Part shown: positions 1 through 9,557 of the stretch, piece after piece
How positions within the stretch are numbered: the first letter of the stretch is position 1
Layout of the letters: every line of letters begins with the position of its first letter
DNA from: Planctomycetaceae bacterium
GTDB lineage: Bacteria > Planctomycetota > Phycisphaerae > Phycisphaerales > UBA1924
DNA length: 64,000 nt
Reading direction: 5' to 3'
Assembly (NCBI GenBank): GCA_044507535.1
Contig: JBIQJK010000008.1
Coordinates: 1,299 to 65,298, forward strand
Notes under the pieces: generated by a model
Databases searched by the model: none
What the model saw: the letters and a program-made list of their open reading frames with translations, nothing else
What the model was told of the DNA's origin: nothing
Program-made: the position numbers and the translations under genes

Positions 1-1
1 G

Positions 2-370
2 GTGCTCGGCGCCGTCGGACTCGAGCACGAGCGCGTCGCCGTCGAGCCTGGCCGCGAACGCGAAGGCGTGCCCCTCGCTGGTGAACTCCCCGCGCAGGCC
101 GTCCCCATCTGCCGCGGCCGTCACGGGCAGCACCGCCCCGCCGACCTCGATCGTCCCCTTCAGGCCACCCTCCCCATCCGGCTCCAGTTCCAGCCGCAGC
201 GCCCCGTTCGAATATACCCCGACGAACCGGTCCACCGGCGCCTCCGCCCACGCGCCGGCCGCGGCCCCCGCGTACGCCGGCGCCACCGCCGCCGCGGCCA
301 GGCCCGCGGCACACGAAACGAGCACGGCAGCGCGGGCCACGGGGATCGCCAGGCGGAACGGGTGCAGCAT
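2..370 (-). CDS. putative lipoprotein; the 3' end runs off the left edge of the window
   Basis: Not in the ORF track because it has no stop inside the window. Reading the reverse complement from the ATG (rc of 368-370) gives MLHPFRLAIPVARAAVLVSCAAGLAAAAVAPAYAG..., a signal peptide with a lipobox-like LVSC. An AAGGAGG Shine-Dalgarno (rc of 377-383) lies 6 nt upstream. Confidence 0.4.
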   Translation of the reverse strand, partial: MLHPFRLAIPVARAAVLVSCAAGLAAAAVAPAYAGAAAGAWAEAPVDRFVGVYSNGALRLELEPDGEGGLKGTIEVGGAVLPVTAAADGDGLRGEFTSEGHAFAFAARLDGDALVLESDGAEH

Positions 371-549
371 CACGGACCTCCTTGCTCCGGTGGCCGCCGG
401 CCGAGCGCCCGCGGCCCACTGGGCGCGAGTCTACCGCCACCGCCCGGCATGAGCAACGACGCGGGCGCCCGCTCTGGCTCTCATCTCCGCGCCCGACCCG
501 CCCGCTAGCATGCGCCCGATCCGCGCCGGCAGCGCACGGGGGCCGAGCG

Positions 550-1197
550 ATGGTGCGACAGGCACGAGGCGAGAGCCGCTCCGCCGCCGACTTCCTCCCG
601 CCCAGCCCGCGCCCCACGCTCCCCCAGCTCCGCGCCGCCGCGGCGGCATGCCGAGGGTGCGACCTCTACAAGAACGCCACGCAGACCGTCTTCGGCGCCG
701 GCCCCGATCGCGCCGACGTCATGCTCGTCGGCGAGCAGCCCGGCAGCGCCGAGGACCTCGCCGGCGAGCCCTTCGTCGGCCCCGCCGGCGGCTTCCTCGA
801 CCGCGCGATGGCCGAGGCGGGGATCGACCGCGGCAAGGCCTACATCACCAACGCGGTGAAGCACTTCAAAAATGTTCCCCGCGGCAAGCGCCGCATCCAC
901 GCCAGGCCCAGCGCCACCGAGGTCGCCGCCTGCCGCCCGTGGCTGGAGGCGGAGATCGCCGCGGTGCGCCCGCGGGTGATCGTCTGCCTCGGCGCCACCG
1001 CCGCGCAGTCGCTCCTCGGGCGCGACTTCCGCGTCACCCGCGAACGCGGCCGGCTCATCACCGCCGATCCCTGGCCCGCGCCGGTGCTCGCCACCGTGCA
1101 CCCGTCCGCGATCCTGCGCATGCCCGACGCCCAGACCCGGCACCGGGCGCTGCTAGACCTCGTCGCGGACCTGCGCATCGCGGCCGGGGCCGTGTAG
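550..1197 (+). CDS. udgX: UdgX-like family-4 uracil-DNA glycosylase (KRRIH loop)
   Basis: Motifs CRGCDLY, LVGEQPGSAEDLAGEPFVGPAG, NAVKHFKNVPRGKRRIHARPSATEVAACRPWL and ATVHPSAILR align from memory almost colinearly with M. smegmatis UdgX, including the KRRIH insertion. The start is set at the internal ATG (MVRQARG); the track ORF 382..1197 has an Arg/Pro-rich unlikely N-terminus. Confidence 0.85.
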   Translation: MVRQARGESRSAADFLPPSPRPTLPQLRAAAAACRGCDLYKNATQTVFGAGPDRADVMLVGEQPGSAEDLAGEPFVGPAGGFLDRAMAEAGIDRGKAYITNAVKHFKNVPRGKRRIHARPSATEVAACRPWLEAEIAAVRPRVIVCLGATAAQSLLGRDFRVTRERGRLITADPWPAPVLATVHPSAILRMPDAQTRHRALLDLVADLRIAAGAV

Positions 1198-1509
1198 CCC
1201 GGGGCCACCCGCCCCCGCGCCTCCCCCTCGCCCGCACCCGGGCGGGCACGGCGCGGCGGTCGGAAACCGCTCATGGCCCCCCGCCGGATCCCCCATCGCA
1301 CCCCCCGCGCCCCCGCTCCCGGAACGCCCGGCCCCCTCTCGCAATTGCCCAGATTTGTGCATTCGTGAACATCGGCTCTGGGAAAACTTACGCCGTCGGG
1401 TATCGTGGTGCATCCCCGCCATGATGCCGAGGATCGTCTCCGACGAACGTCTCGGGCACGCGCGCGTGCGCGTCGCCGACGGTGGCCGCACACTCTCTGG
1501 AGCAGGATC

Positions 1510-2697
1510 ATGTCGAAGTACGATCTGCCGACGGGCGTCAAGCCCCCCGTGTCCGACGAGTCCTCGGGCGAGCTCCCCAGCGACGGGAGCCCGAACCACG
1601 GGGCAACCACCATGGTCAACGAGCCGGTGCTGCGCGACGTCGAGAGCCCGGCCGACGGCGCCGACGGCGGCGTGGAGGCGTTCGACGAGGGCGAGGAGTC
1701 CGCCGACGCCATGGGCGTCCTGCCCGGCGTCGAGCCCCTCGCCGGGTACGAGCCCCACCCCTACTCCAGCCTCGGCGCCCCCGGCGCGGCGACCGAGTCC
1801 GCCGACTCCGACGCCCCCTTCGAGGCCGTGGACGCCGACTTCGCCTCCGGCGACCCGGGGCGAGAGGAGTTCTTCGGCGCCATCATGAAGGCCCTCCCCG
1901 CCATCGTCCAGGGCGGCCAGGCCATCGCCAAGATCCCCGCCGTCCGCAAGGCCGGCAAGAAGGTCCTCCGCCAGTTCGGCATCGAGAGCGGCGCCGCCGC
2001 CGGCGACAGCTCCCTCCTCGAGGTCGTCATCGGCGCCGACGACCGCGTGCAGGTGACCAACACCGCCGCCAAGCCGTGGAACGGCATCTGCCAGCTCTCC
2101 ATCACCTCGCGCACCGGCCGGCAGTACATCGGCACCGGCTGGCTCATCGCACCCCGCTGCGTGATCACCGCCGGCCACTGCGTCTACCTCCACGGCGCCG
2201 GCGGATGGGCCAAGAGCATCGAGGTCTCCGCCGGGCGCAACGGCCCCGCCTTCCCCTACGGCCGGATCACCTCCACCACCTTCCGCGCCATCACCCAGTG
2301 GACCCGCGACCAGAACCGCAGCTACGACTACGGCTGCATCATCCTCCCCGAGGCCCCCCGCGGCACCGGCGCCGCCCCCTTCTGCTTCAACTTCGCCGCA
2401 CGCAGCGACGCCGAGCTCCGCAGCCAGACCCTCAACCTCTCCGGCTACCCCGGCGACAAGGGCGGCATCACCCAGTGGTTCCACGCCCGCCAGGCCAAGG
2501 GCGTCTCCGCCTTCACCATCGAGTACGACATCGACACCGCCGGCGGCCAGAGCGGCTCCCCGGTCTGGCAGTACAGCGGCGGCGTCCGCACCGCCGTCGG
2601 CATCCACACCAACGGCTCGCCGCTGGGCAACTCCGCCACGCGGATCACCCCCGCCGTCGCCGCCATGCTCCGGAGCTGGAAGGCCCTGGGCGCGTGA
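1510..2697 (+). CDS. trypsin-like (S1 family, V8/Glu-endopeptidase-like) serine protease with a long acidic N-terminal region
   Basis: Catalytic triad contexts are ITAGHCVY (His), DYGCIIL (Asp) and DTAGGQSGSPVW (Ser). The start is chosen at ATG 1510 (MSKYDLP), preceded by GGAGCAGG. No signal peptide is visible. Confidence 0.8.
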   Translation: MSKYDLPTGVKPPVSDESSGELPSDGSPNHGATTMVNEPVLRDVESPADGADGGVEAFDEGEESADAMGVLPGVEPLAGYEPHPYSSLGAPGAATESADSDAPFEAVDADFASGDPGREEFFGAIMKALPAIVQGGQAIAKIPAVRKAGKKVLRQFGIESGAAAGDSSLLEVVIGADDRVQVTNTAAKPWNGICQLSITSRTGRQYIGTGWLIAPRCVITAGHCVYLHGAGGWAKSIEVSAGRNGPAFPYGRITSTTFRAITQWTRDQNRSYDYGCIILPEAPRGTGAAPFCFNFAARSDAELRSQTLNLSGYPGDKGGITQWFHARQAKGVSAFTIEYDIDTAGGQSGSPVWQYSGGVRTAVGIHTNGSPLGNSATRITPAVAAMLRSWKALGA

Positions 2698-2845
2698 GCC
2701 CCGCGCGCCGGCCCGACGCCGCGGCCTGCTCGATGCGTGGCCGCACCCGCCCCGGGGGTGCGGCCACGCTCGTTCCCATCCGCCCGCCCCCGCCGTCGCC
2801 ATGCGCGTCCGCCCCTATGCTCTCCACCGCCGCGGAGCCCCCCGC

Positions 2846-3115
2846 ATGCCCGCCCAACCATCCCTGAGCATCGAGGGAGTCGTCGTGAGCGCCGCCGGCG
2901 CCCCCGTCCCCGGCGTGACCGTCATGATCACGACCTCCGACCAGCCGCACCCGGACATCGCGGCCATCACCGACGAGCGCGGCGCCTTCGGCTTCGACGG
3001 CCTCGCCGCGGGCCGCTACACCTTCGCGGCCTACCGCGACGGCACGGAGGCGGGCCGCGCCGAGGTTTCGATCCGCCGCGGCGACGCCGGCCCCGTGCGG
3101 ATCCAGATCGACTGA
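2846..3115 (+). CDS. small carboxypeptidase-regulatory-like (CarboxypepD_reg) domain protein
   Basis: The pattern IEGVVVSAAGAPVPGVTVMITT...TDERGAFGFDGLAAGRYTFAAYRDG is typical of the Ig-like CarboxypepD_reg fold. The start is uncertain (2801 or 2846). Confidence 0.5.
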   Translation: MPAQPSLSIEGVVVSAAGAPVPGVTVMITTSDQPHPDIAAITDERGAFGFDGLAAGRYTFAAYRDGTEAGRAEVSIRRGDAGPVRIQID

Positions 3116-3252
3116 TCGCCCCCAATCGCAGCCGCCGAGCGCGGGGCTCGCATCAAGCTCCCCTCACGCCGTGTCGGGTTCGCCGGTGTATGGATCATCC
3201 TGGAGATCCGGGATCGAGCCACGCCGGCCCCAGGCCGCAGAAGGAGCGCCCG

Positions 3253-4401
3253 ATGCACGCACGGACCAAGCCGATCAACCAGCAGACCATCGTCATCACG
3301 GGCGCCAGCAGCGGGATCGGCCTGGCCACCGCGAGGGAGGCCGCGCGGCGTGGCGCTCGCCTGGTCCTCGCCTCGCGCAGCTCGGAGGACCTCGCCGCCG
3401 TCGCCGAGGAGCTCCGCTCGATGGGGGCCCAGGTCGAGACCGTCGAGGCCGACGTCGCCAGCGAGGAGGACGTCCGCCGCATCGCCCACGTCGCCATCAG
3501 CCGCTTCGGCGGCTTCGACACCTGGGTCAACAACGCCGGCGTCTCCATCTACGGCCGCGCCGACGAGGTCTCCACCGCGGAGGCCCGCCGCCTCTTCGAC
3601 ATCAACTTCTGGGGCATCGTCAACGGCTCCCGCGAGGCCCTGAACCACCTGCGCCACAAGGAGGGCGGCGGAACCATCATCAACATGGGCTCGGTCGCCT
3701 CCGACAGCGTCCTCCCGCTCCAGAGCTACTACAGCGCATCGAAGCACGCCGTCAAAGGGTTCACCGACGCGCTGCGGATCGAGTGCGAGAAGGAGAGACT
3801 CCCCATCAACATCACCCTCATCAAGCCCACCACCATCGACACCCCCTTCTTCGAGCACGCCGCCAGCCACCTCCGCGCCGGCGAGGCCCCCAAGGGCCCC
3901 GACCCCGCCTACGCCCCCGAGCTCGTCGCCGACGCGATCCTCTTCGCCGCGGAGCACCCGCGCCGGGACATCGTCGTCGGCGGCGCGGGCCGCCTCCTCT
4001 CCGCCATGGGCAAGTTCGCCCCCCGCGCCATGGACGCCTACGGCCGCGCCGTCGGCTTCCGTCAGCAGCGCACCCGCAAGCGAGCCCGCAACACCGCCCC
4101 GGAGGGCGCGATCTACGAGCCCGGGCGCGGCCACAAGGTCCGCGGCGGCCACCCCGGCTGGGTCCGCGAGACCAGCCTCTACACCAAGATCTCCGAGCAC
4201 CCCGTCGCCGCGGCTCTCATCGGCGCCGCCGCCGGCGTCGCCGTCGCCGCGGCCATCAGCGGAGCGGGCGCGGCCGCCGGCCGCCACACGCCGGCGCGCC
4301 GGCGGGAGCTGATCGGCGCCCGGAAGCGGCCGGAGATCGCCGGCGCCGGGAGCCGGCGGGAATGGGAGGTCGCCCCGCGGCGCTCCTCCTGGTGCCACTG
4401 A
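3253..4401 (+). CDS. short-chain dehydrogenase/reductase (SDR) with a C-terminal membrane/extension segment
   Basis: Motifs TGASSGIG (cofactor binding), NNAG and YSASKHAV (catalytic YxxxK). An AAGGAG lies 6 nt upstream of ATG 3253. The rest of track ORF 2737..4401 upstream is an Arg/Pro-rich shadow. Confidence 0.85.
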   Translation: MHARTKPINQQTIVITGASSGIGLATAREAARRGARLVLASRSSEDLAAVAEELRSMGAQVETVEADVASEEDVRRIAHVAISRFGGFDTWVNNAGVSIYGRADEVSTAEARRLFDINFWGIVNGSREALNHLRHKEGGGTIINMGSVASDSVLPLQSYYSASKHAVKGFTDALRIECEKERLPINITLIKPTTIDTPFFEHAASHLRAGEAPKGPDPAYAPELVADAILFAAEHPRRDIVVGGAGRLLSAMGKFAPRAMDAYGRAVGFRQQRTRKRARNTAPEGAIYEPGRGHKVRGGHPGWVRETSLYTKISEHPVAAALIGAAAGVAVAAAISGAGAAAGRHTPARRRELIGARKRPEIAGAGSRREWEVAPRRSSWCH

Positions 4402-4408
4402 CCGCGGC

Positions 4409-5581
4409 CTACTCCCACGGCTTCAGCACGACCTTGATGCACTCATCCTGCTTGTCCCGGAACATCCGGTACGCCCCCGACGCCTCGTCGATCGACATCC
4501 GGTGCGTCACCACGAAGCTCGGGTCGATCTGCCCGCTGGTGATCCGCTCCAGCAGCGGCCGCATGTAGCGCTGCACGTGCGTCTGCCCCGTCTTGATCGT
4601 CAGCGATCGGTTCATCACCGAGCCGAAGGGGAACTTGTCGATCAGCCCCCCGAACACCCCCGCCACCGAGACGTGCCCGCCGTTGCGGCACGCCTGCAGC
4701 GCCTGCCGCAGCGCCTGCGGCCGGTCCGTCTCCAGCATCATCGACTGCTTCACCCGGTCGTACACCCCCGCCACCCCGTGCACGTGCGCCTCCATCCCCA
4801 CCGCCTCGATGCACCCGTCCGGCCCGCGCCCGCCCGTCATCTCCTTGAGCGCATCCAGGACGTCCACCTCCTCGAAGTTCAGCGTCTCCGCCCCCCCGGC
4901 CCCGGCCATCCGCAGCCGCTCCGGCACCCGGTCGATCCCGATCACCCGCCCCGCCCCGAGCATCAGCGCGCTGCGGATCGCGAACTGCCCCACCGGCCCG
5001 CACCCCCACACCGCCACCGTGTCCCCCGGCCGGATCTCGCAGTTCTCCGCCGCCATGTACCCCGTCGGGAAGATGTCCGACAGGAACAGCGCCTGCTCGT
5101 CCGTCATCCCCTCGGGGACCTTGATCGGCCCAACGTCCGCGAAGGGCACACGCACGTACTGCGCCTGCCCCCCCGCGTACCCCCCGAGCAGGTGCGAGTA
5201 CCCGAAAATCCCCGCCGGCGAGTGCCCCCACAGCTTCTCCGCCATCCACGCGTTGGGGTTCGAGTTCTCGCACAGCGAGAAGAGCCCCTCCTGGCAGTTC
5301 AGGCAGTCGCCGCACGCGATCGGGAACGGGTTGACCACCCGGTCCCCCACCGACAGGTTCGTCACCCCCGGCCCCACCTCCACCACCTCCCCCATGAACT
5401 CGTGCCCGAGGATGTCCCCCCGCTGCATCGCCGGGATGAACCCGTCGTACAGGTGCAGGTCCGACCCGCAGATCGCCGTGGACGTCACCTTGATGATCGC
5501 GTCCCTCGCGTTCACGATCCGCGGCTCCGGCACCTCCTCCACCCGAAGCCGCCCCGTCCCGCACCAGCACACCGCCTTCAT
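4409..5581 (-). CDS. zinc-dependent alcohol dehydrogenase family (formaldehyde dehydrogenase-like)
   Basis: MKAVCW..., the catalytic Zn motif CGSDLH...[12 protein letters not shown], the structural Zn cysteines [15 protein letters not shown], and the Rossmann motif VWGCGPVG. Confidence 0.9.
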   Translation of the reverse strand: MKAVCWCGTGRLRVEEVPEPRIVNARDAIIKVTSTAICGSDLHLYDGFIPAMQRGDILGHEFMGEVVEVGPGVTNLSVGDRVVNPFPIACGDCLNCQEGLFSLCENSNPNAWMAEKLWGHSPAGIFGYSHLLGGYAGGQAQYVRVPFADVGPIKVPEGMTDEQALFLSDIFPTGYMAAENCEIRPGDTVAVWGCGPVGQFAIRSALMLGAGRVIGIDRVPERLRMAGAGGAETLNFEEVDVLDALKEMTGGRGPDGCIEAVGMEAHVHGVAGVYDRVKQSMMLETDRPQALRQALQACRNGGHVSVAGVFGGLIDKFPFGSVMNRSLTIKTGQTHVQRYMRPLLERITSGQIDPSFVVTHRMSIDEASGAYRMFRDKQDECIKVVLKPWE

Positions 5582-5618
5582 GGTCCCTCCCTTCTGTGGC
5601 CCCCCTCCCCCCGCCTCG

Positions 5619-6656
5619 CTACCCGATGCACCGCCCCCGCGGCGACTCCGCCGACACCACCTCCCCCGTCTCCAGCACCTGCTTCAGCCGGCGCAGGTCG
5701 TCCGCCACCTGCCGCTCCGGCGTCTCGCCGAAGACCTTCGCCACCGACCACCCCGCCATCCGCCCGAGCGCCCCGCCCGGCGGGCTGTAGCGGATGTCCA
5801 CATCAACCACCGTCGCCCGCTCCGCACCCCCACGGCTCGGCCACGGCCGGAACCGCACCACCCCCGCGTTGTCCACGTCCGACCCCGCCACCGACCGCCA
5901 CGCCAGCAGCTCCCCCGGCCGCTCCTCCGTGATCTCCGCCTCCCATTCCAGACGCCCCACCGCCGGCGCCCCCACCACCCAGTGGCTCCGCCGCTCGTCC
6001 AGCACCGTCACGCTCTCCAGGTGCGCCATGAAACGCGGCAGGTTCTCCAGGTTCCGCCAGAAGTCGTACACCTCCCCGATCGGCCGGTTGATCGTCGCGC
6101 TCGACCGCACGTGCAGCACGCCGCTCCGCTTCCGCCGCCGCTCGGTCGGCATCGCCCGCTCGCCCCGACCTTTGCGCCGGCTCATCAGCTGCTGCGCGCA
6201 CGCCACGTCCAGCGCGGTCACCCCCAGCACCGCCGCGGCCGCCCCCGCCAGACGCCCGTGGTCCACCTCGTCCCCGCCCGCCACCATCGCCGCCCCCAGC
6301 AGCGACAGGTCCAGCGCATCCCCGCCCACGCGCGACATCACCCCCGGCGTAGGGTCCCGGGCCGCCAGGATCGCCACCCCGTGCCCGATCTCGCGCAGCC
6401 CCATCAGCTGCATCAGCCCCGAGCCGTCGCTCAGCCCGATCAGCCGCGACATCGCCCGCGGAGCGAGCACCTGCATCGCCCCGAGCCCGATGCTCAGCCA
6501 CCCCACCCCCCGCGCCAGCTGCTCCGCATCCAGCCCCGCCAGCCCCCCGCGCTCCCCGCGAGCGACGCCGACCCCCATGCGGCTGCCCAGCTCCGCCCCG
6601 CCCCCCTCGAGCCCTGTCACCTCGCTGATCACGCCGCCCTGCTGCTCCGTCACCAT
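5619..6656 (-). CDS. SRPBCC (cyclase/dehydrase) family protein with an N-terminal hydrophobic domain
   Basis: The C-terminal half ([28 protein letters not shown]...[17 protein letters not shown]...) looks like a polyketide cyclase/dehydrase-type START fold. It is co-directional with the ADH. Confidence 0.7.
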   Translation of the reverse strand: MVTEQQGGVISEVTGLEGGGAELGSRMGVGVARGERGGLAGLDAEQLARGVGWLSIGLGAMQVLAPRAMSRLIGLSDGSGLMQLMGLREIGHGVAILAARDPTPGVMSRVGGDALDLSLLGAAMVAGGDEVDHGRLAGAAAAVLGVTALDVACAQQLMSRRKGRGERAMPTERRRKRSGVLHVRSSATINRPIGEVYDFWRNLENLPRFMAHLESVTVLDERRSHWVVGAPAVGRLEWEAEITEERPGELLAWRSVAGSDVDNAGVVRFRPWPSRGGAERATVVDVDIRYSPPGGALGRMAGWSVAKVFGETPERQVADDLRRLKQVLETGEVVSAESPRGRCIG

Positions 6657-6881
6657 GGTCGTCCGCCTCCCTGCCCGGCGTGCAGGGGCCGGCGCCCCCG
6701 CGTCCCCTCGGGCGACGCCCCCACCGATACCTCAACATACGCCCAGAAGAACTCGGTGCGACCATCGCGGGCCGCGGACGCCCGGAGAACTATGGGTCGC
6801 CCGCGCCCGAGCGCACCGCCCGTCCATGCGCCCCACAACACCATCGCATCCGCGACGATCGGCCCGCGAACTCACTGGATC

Positions 6882-7784
6882 GTGACACGCGTCGGCTACC
6901 CGTGCCTGAACCTCGCCCTGGACCTGGGCACCAACCGCACGCTGCGCCTCGCCTCCCTCGGCGACCAGGGCAAGCTCCGCGCCGTCGTCGCCGCCAACAT
7001 CGCCAACCTCGAAGCCATCATCCGCTTCAACGCCGAGCACCGCGTCCCCCTCTTCCGCCTCGGCAGCTCCTTCATCCCCTTCGCCAGCCACGAGGCCTTC
7101 CCCTACGACTGGCGCGCCGAGCACGAGGGCGAGCTCCGCCGCGCCGGCGCATCGGCCGCGAAGGCCGGCCAGCGCCTCTCCATCCACCCCGGCCAGTACA
7201 CCGTCCCCGGCTCCCCGGACGAGCGCATCCGCCGCGCCGGCATCGCCGAGCTCCGCTACGCCGCGGACCTCCTCGACCTCCTCGGCCAAGGCGACGCCCC
7301 GGTCGTCCTCCACGTCGGCGGCGCGTACGGCGACAAGCCCGCCGCCGCGGCCCGCTTCATCGCCTCCCTTGAGAACGAATCCGGCATCCTCCGCCACCTC
7401 GCACTCGAGAACGACGAGCGCATCTGGACCGCCGCGGAGGTCGCCGGCATCGCCCGCGCCCTCGGCGTCCCCATGATCCTGGACGCCCTCCACCACCGCC
7501 TCAACCCCGGCGGCATCTCCCTGCCGCGGGCCATCGAGCTGGCGCTGCCGACGTGGGAAGCGCGCCGCCCCAAGCTGCACATCTCGTCGCAGGACCCCAC
7601 CAAGAACCCCGGCGCCCACGCCTACGGCATCGACCCAGCCGACTGGGACGAGCTCCTCGCCGCCCTCGACCGGGCCGGCGCCGCCGGCGTGGACGTCATG
7701 ATCGAGAGCAAGGGCAAGGAGCAGTCGCTCCGCCCCCTCGGCCATCCGGCGATCCCCCGCCCTGCGCGAGCCGGCGCCGCCTGA
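6882..7784 (+). CDS. uvsE: UV damage endonuclease (UvdE/UvsE)
   Basis: VTRVGYPCLNLAL...FRLGSSFIPFASH...SIHPGQYTV...LHVGGAYGDK...LALENDERIW...LDALHH are characteristic UVDE TIM-barrel motifs. This is only the last ~300 codons of track ORF 4593..7784. A GTG start at 6882 is assumed. Confidence 0.85.
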   Translation: MTRVGYPCLNLALDLGTNRTLRLASLGDQGKLRAVVAANIANLEAIIRFNAEHRVPLFRLGSSFIPFASHEAFPYDWRAEHEGELRRAGASAAKAGQRLSIHPGQYTVPGSPDERIRRAGIAELRYAADLLDLLGQGDAPVVLHVGGAYGDKPAAAARFIASLENESGILRHLALENDERIWTAAEVAGIARALGVPMILDALHHRLNPGGISLPRAIELALPTWEARRPKLHISSQDPTKNPGAHAYGIDPADWDELLAALDRAGAAGVDVMIESKGKEQSLRPLGHPAIPRPARAGAA

Positions 7785-9404
7785 CTACGCGCCCGGCCCA
7801 TCGTTGTCCCCGATCGGCAGCAGGTCCTTCGCCCGCCCCTGCACCCACGCGTGCACCCGCGGCCACACCAACTCCCTGATCAGGATCTTGATGCACGCCG
7901 CCACCGGGATCGCCAGCAGCAGCCCGTACACCCCCGCCAGGACGCCGCCCGCCAGCGACGCGAACAGGATCGTCGGCGTGTCCATGTCCGTGCTCTTGCC
8001 CTGGATCACCGGCGTCAGCACCCAGTCGTCCAGCGCCTGCGCCACCAGGTACACCCCGATCGGCGCGAACACGATCCACCACCACTGCCCCATGAACCCG
8101 CCCGGCGGCTCCAGCCACATCAGCAGCATCGCGATCGGCACCCCCACGATGTGCACGAACGGCACGATGAACAGCAATCCGATGATCGGCCCCAGCACCA
8201 GCGGCGCGGGCACCCCGATCAGCCAGTACGCCGCGGTCATGTACACCGCCAGCAGCCCGACGATCGTCAGCCGCCCGCGCACGAACCCCGCGATCACCCG
8301 GTCCATCTTCGTCACCAGGTCCACCACCCGCCCCCGCCGCGCCTGCGGCACCAGGCTCTCCCAGAACCCCACGATCTTCCCCCACCCCGTCGAGAAGAAG
8401 AAAAAGAAGAACGCCGTCAGCACCCCCGCGAACACCATGTACCCGATCCCCGCCAGCGCGTTCAGCGCCGCCCCCACCGCCGTCGCCCCCGTCCCGATCG
8501 CCTGACGCCCCACCGCCTGCCCGATCCCCGCGGCGTTGAGCTCCAGCCACTCCACCACCCGCCGCGCCACGCTCGCCTGCAGCGGCGCGCTCTCATGAGC
8601 CGCGGGGGCCCGCGCCGCGACGGGCTTGCCCTCGACAGCCCCCCCCGCAACCTCCTCGCTCTGGGGTGTCTGCTCCTCCCCCTCCGCCGCCTCGCCCGGC
8701 AGCGCATCCCCCGCCGGCGCAGCCTCTCCGCTCACCCCGTCTCCGGGCTCACCATCCCCCCCCCCCGCATCCCCCGCCGCGGCATCGACCGCCTCCCCCG
8801 CCGGCGCAACCTCCCTGCCCGCCTCATCGCCGGCCTCATCCCCCTCCGGCGCGGGCGACTCCTCCTCCGGCTGTTCGAGCTCGACGAGGTAGTCCCGGAT
8901 CCGCGTCCACGCCCCCTCCGGCACCGCCGCCCGCAGCCTCTGGTTCTCCGGGGCATCCACCGACGCCCGCACCGCGCGGATGTCTCGCGCCAGCTCCGCC
9001 GCGTACTGCGTCCCCTGCACCACCGCGAACCCGACCCCGATCGTCACCGGCGCCACCACCAGCGCCCCCGCGGCCACGATGATCCCCACCGCCGCCCCCT
9101 GCCGGCTGATGATCCCCCGCCGCGTCACCGCCTTGATCAACGGTTCAAACAGATAGGCCAGCATCACCGCCAGCAGCATCGGCACCGTCACCGGCCGCAG
9201 GACGTACCCCATGTACACGATCCCCACCACGATCGCCACGATCAGCAGGTCGCGGACGAACTGGATCTCGTGCAGGTGCAGCCGCCGCCAGTCGGTCCCC
9301 CCATGCCTCGCACCCGCCGGCTCCGCGGCCGGGGCGCGCAGGATCGGGGTGCCTTCGGATGCGTCGGTTCTGGGGGGAGGCGGGGGCTCGGTCGTGCTGG
9401 ACAT
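7785..9404 (-). CDS. AI-2E (PerM/UPF0118) family transporter with an internal acidic low-complexity insert
   Basis: A polytopic membrane protein with the C-terminal conserved stretch GLLFIVPFVHIVGVP...LDDWVLTPVIQGKSTDMDTPTILFASLAGG typical of AI-2E transporters. Roughly 95 residues of E/G/A/P-rich insert fall at aa ~177-272. Confidence 0.8.
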   Translation of the reverse strand: MSSTTEPPPPPRTDASEGTPILRAPAAEPAGARHGGTDWRRLHLHEIQFVRDLLIVAIVVGIVYMGYVLRPVTVPMLLAVMLAYLFEPLIKAVTRRGIISRQGAAVGIIVAAGALVVAPVTIGVGFAVVQGTQYAAELARDIRAVRASVDAPENQRLRAAVPEGAWTRIRDYLVELEQPEEESPAPEGDEAGDEAGREVAPAGEAVDAAAGDAGGGDGEPGDGVSGEAAPAGDALPGEAAEGEEQTPQSEEVAGGAVEGKPVAARAPAAHESAPLQASVARRVVEWLELNAAGIGQAVGRQAIGTGATAVGAALNALAGIGYMVFAGVLTAFFFFFFSTGWGKIVGFWESLVPQARRGRVVDLVTKMDRVIAGFVRGRLTIVGLLAVYMTAAYWLIGVPAPLVLGPIIGLLFIVPFVHIVGVPIAMLLMWLEPPGGFMGQWWWIVFAPIGVYLVAQALDDWVLTPVIQGKSTDMDTPTILFASLAGGVLAGVYGLLLAIPVAACIKILIRELVWPRVHAWVQGRAKDLLPIGDNDGPGA

Positions 9405-9557
9405 GCCGGTAGGCTACCCGACCCGCGCCCCCGCGGCACGGGAAAACACGCGGCACGGGCCTCCAGCCCTTGCGCTCACCCTCTCGGGATTCGTCAAAGC
9501 CTCACCCCGCCGACGGCGAACCACCGCGAGCCGCGGGCCCAAAGCCCGCGCCACGGC

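Noticed and set aside
382-549. Upstream extension of the UDG ORF (track start at 382), and similar long N-terminal extensions for the SDR (2737), OmpA-like (16658), SOD (41086), SSB (50024), L25 (53305), O-methyltransferase (51245) and prs (55276) ORFs
   Set aside because: The extensions are Arg/Pro-rich and lack homology to the families concerned. In each case an internal ATG or GTG at the point where family similarity begins is the more plausible start. The SDR, SOD, SSB and O-methyltransferase starts also have a good Shine-Dalgarno sequence, and the prs start is ATGA-coupled to the upstream gene.
4593-7784. 1063-aa plus-strand ORF, the longest-looking gene in this region
   Set aside because: Its first ~760 codons are the antisense shadow of the well-supported ADH and SRPBCC genes, with a Pro/Arg/Ser/His-rich composition and no motifs. 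Only the last ~300 codons (from GTG 6882) encode a recognisable protein (UvdE). Long stop-free antisense frames are expected in DNA this GC-rich.
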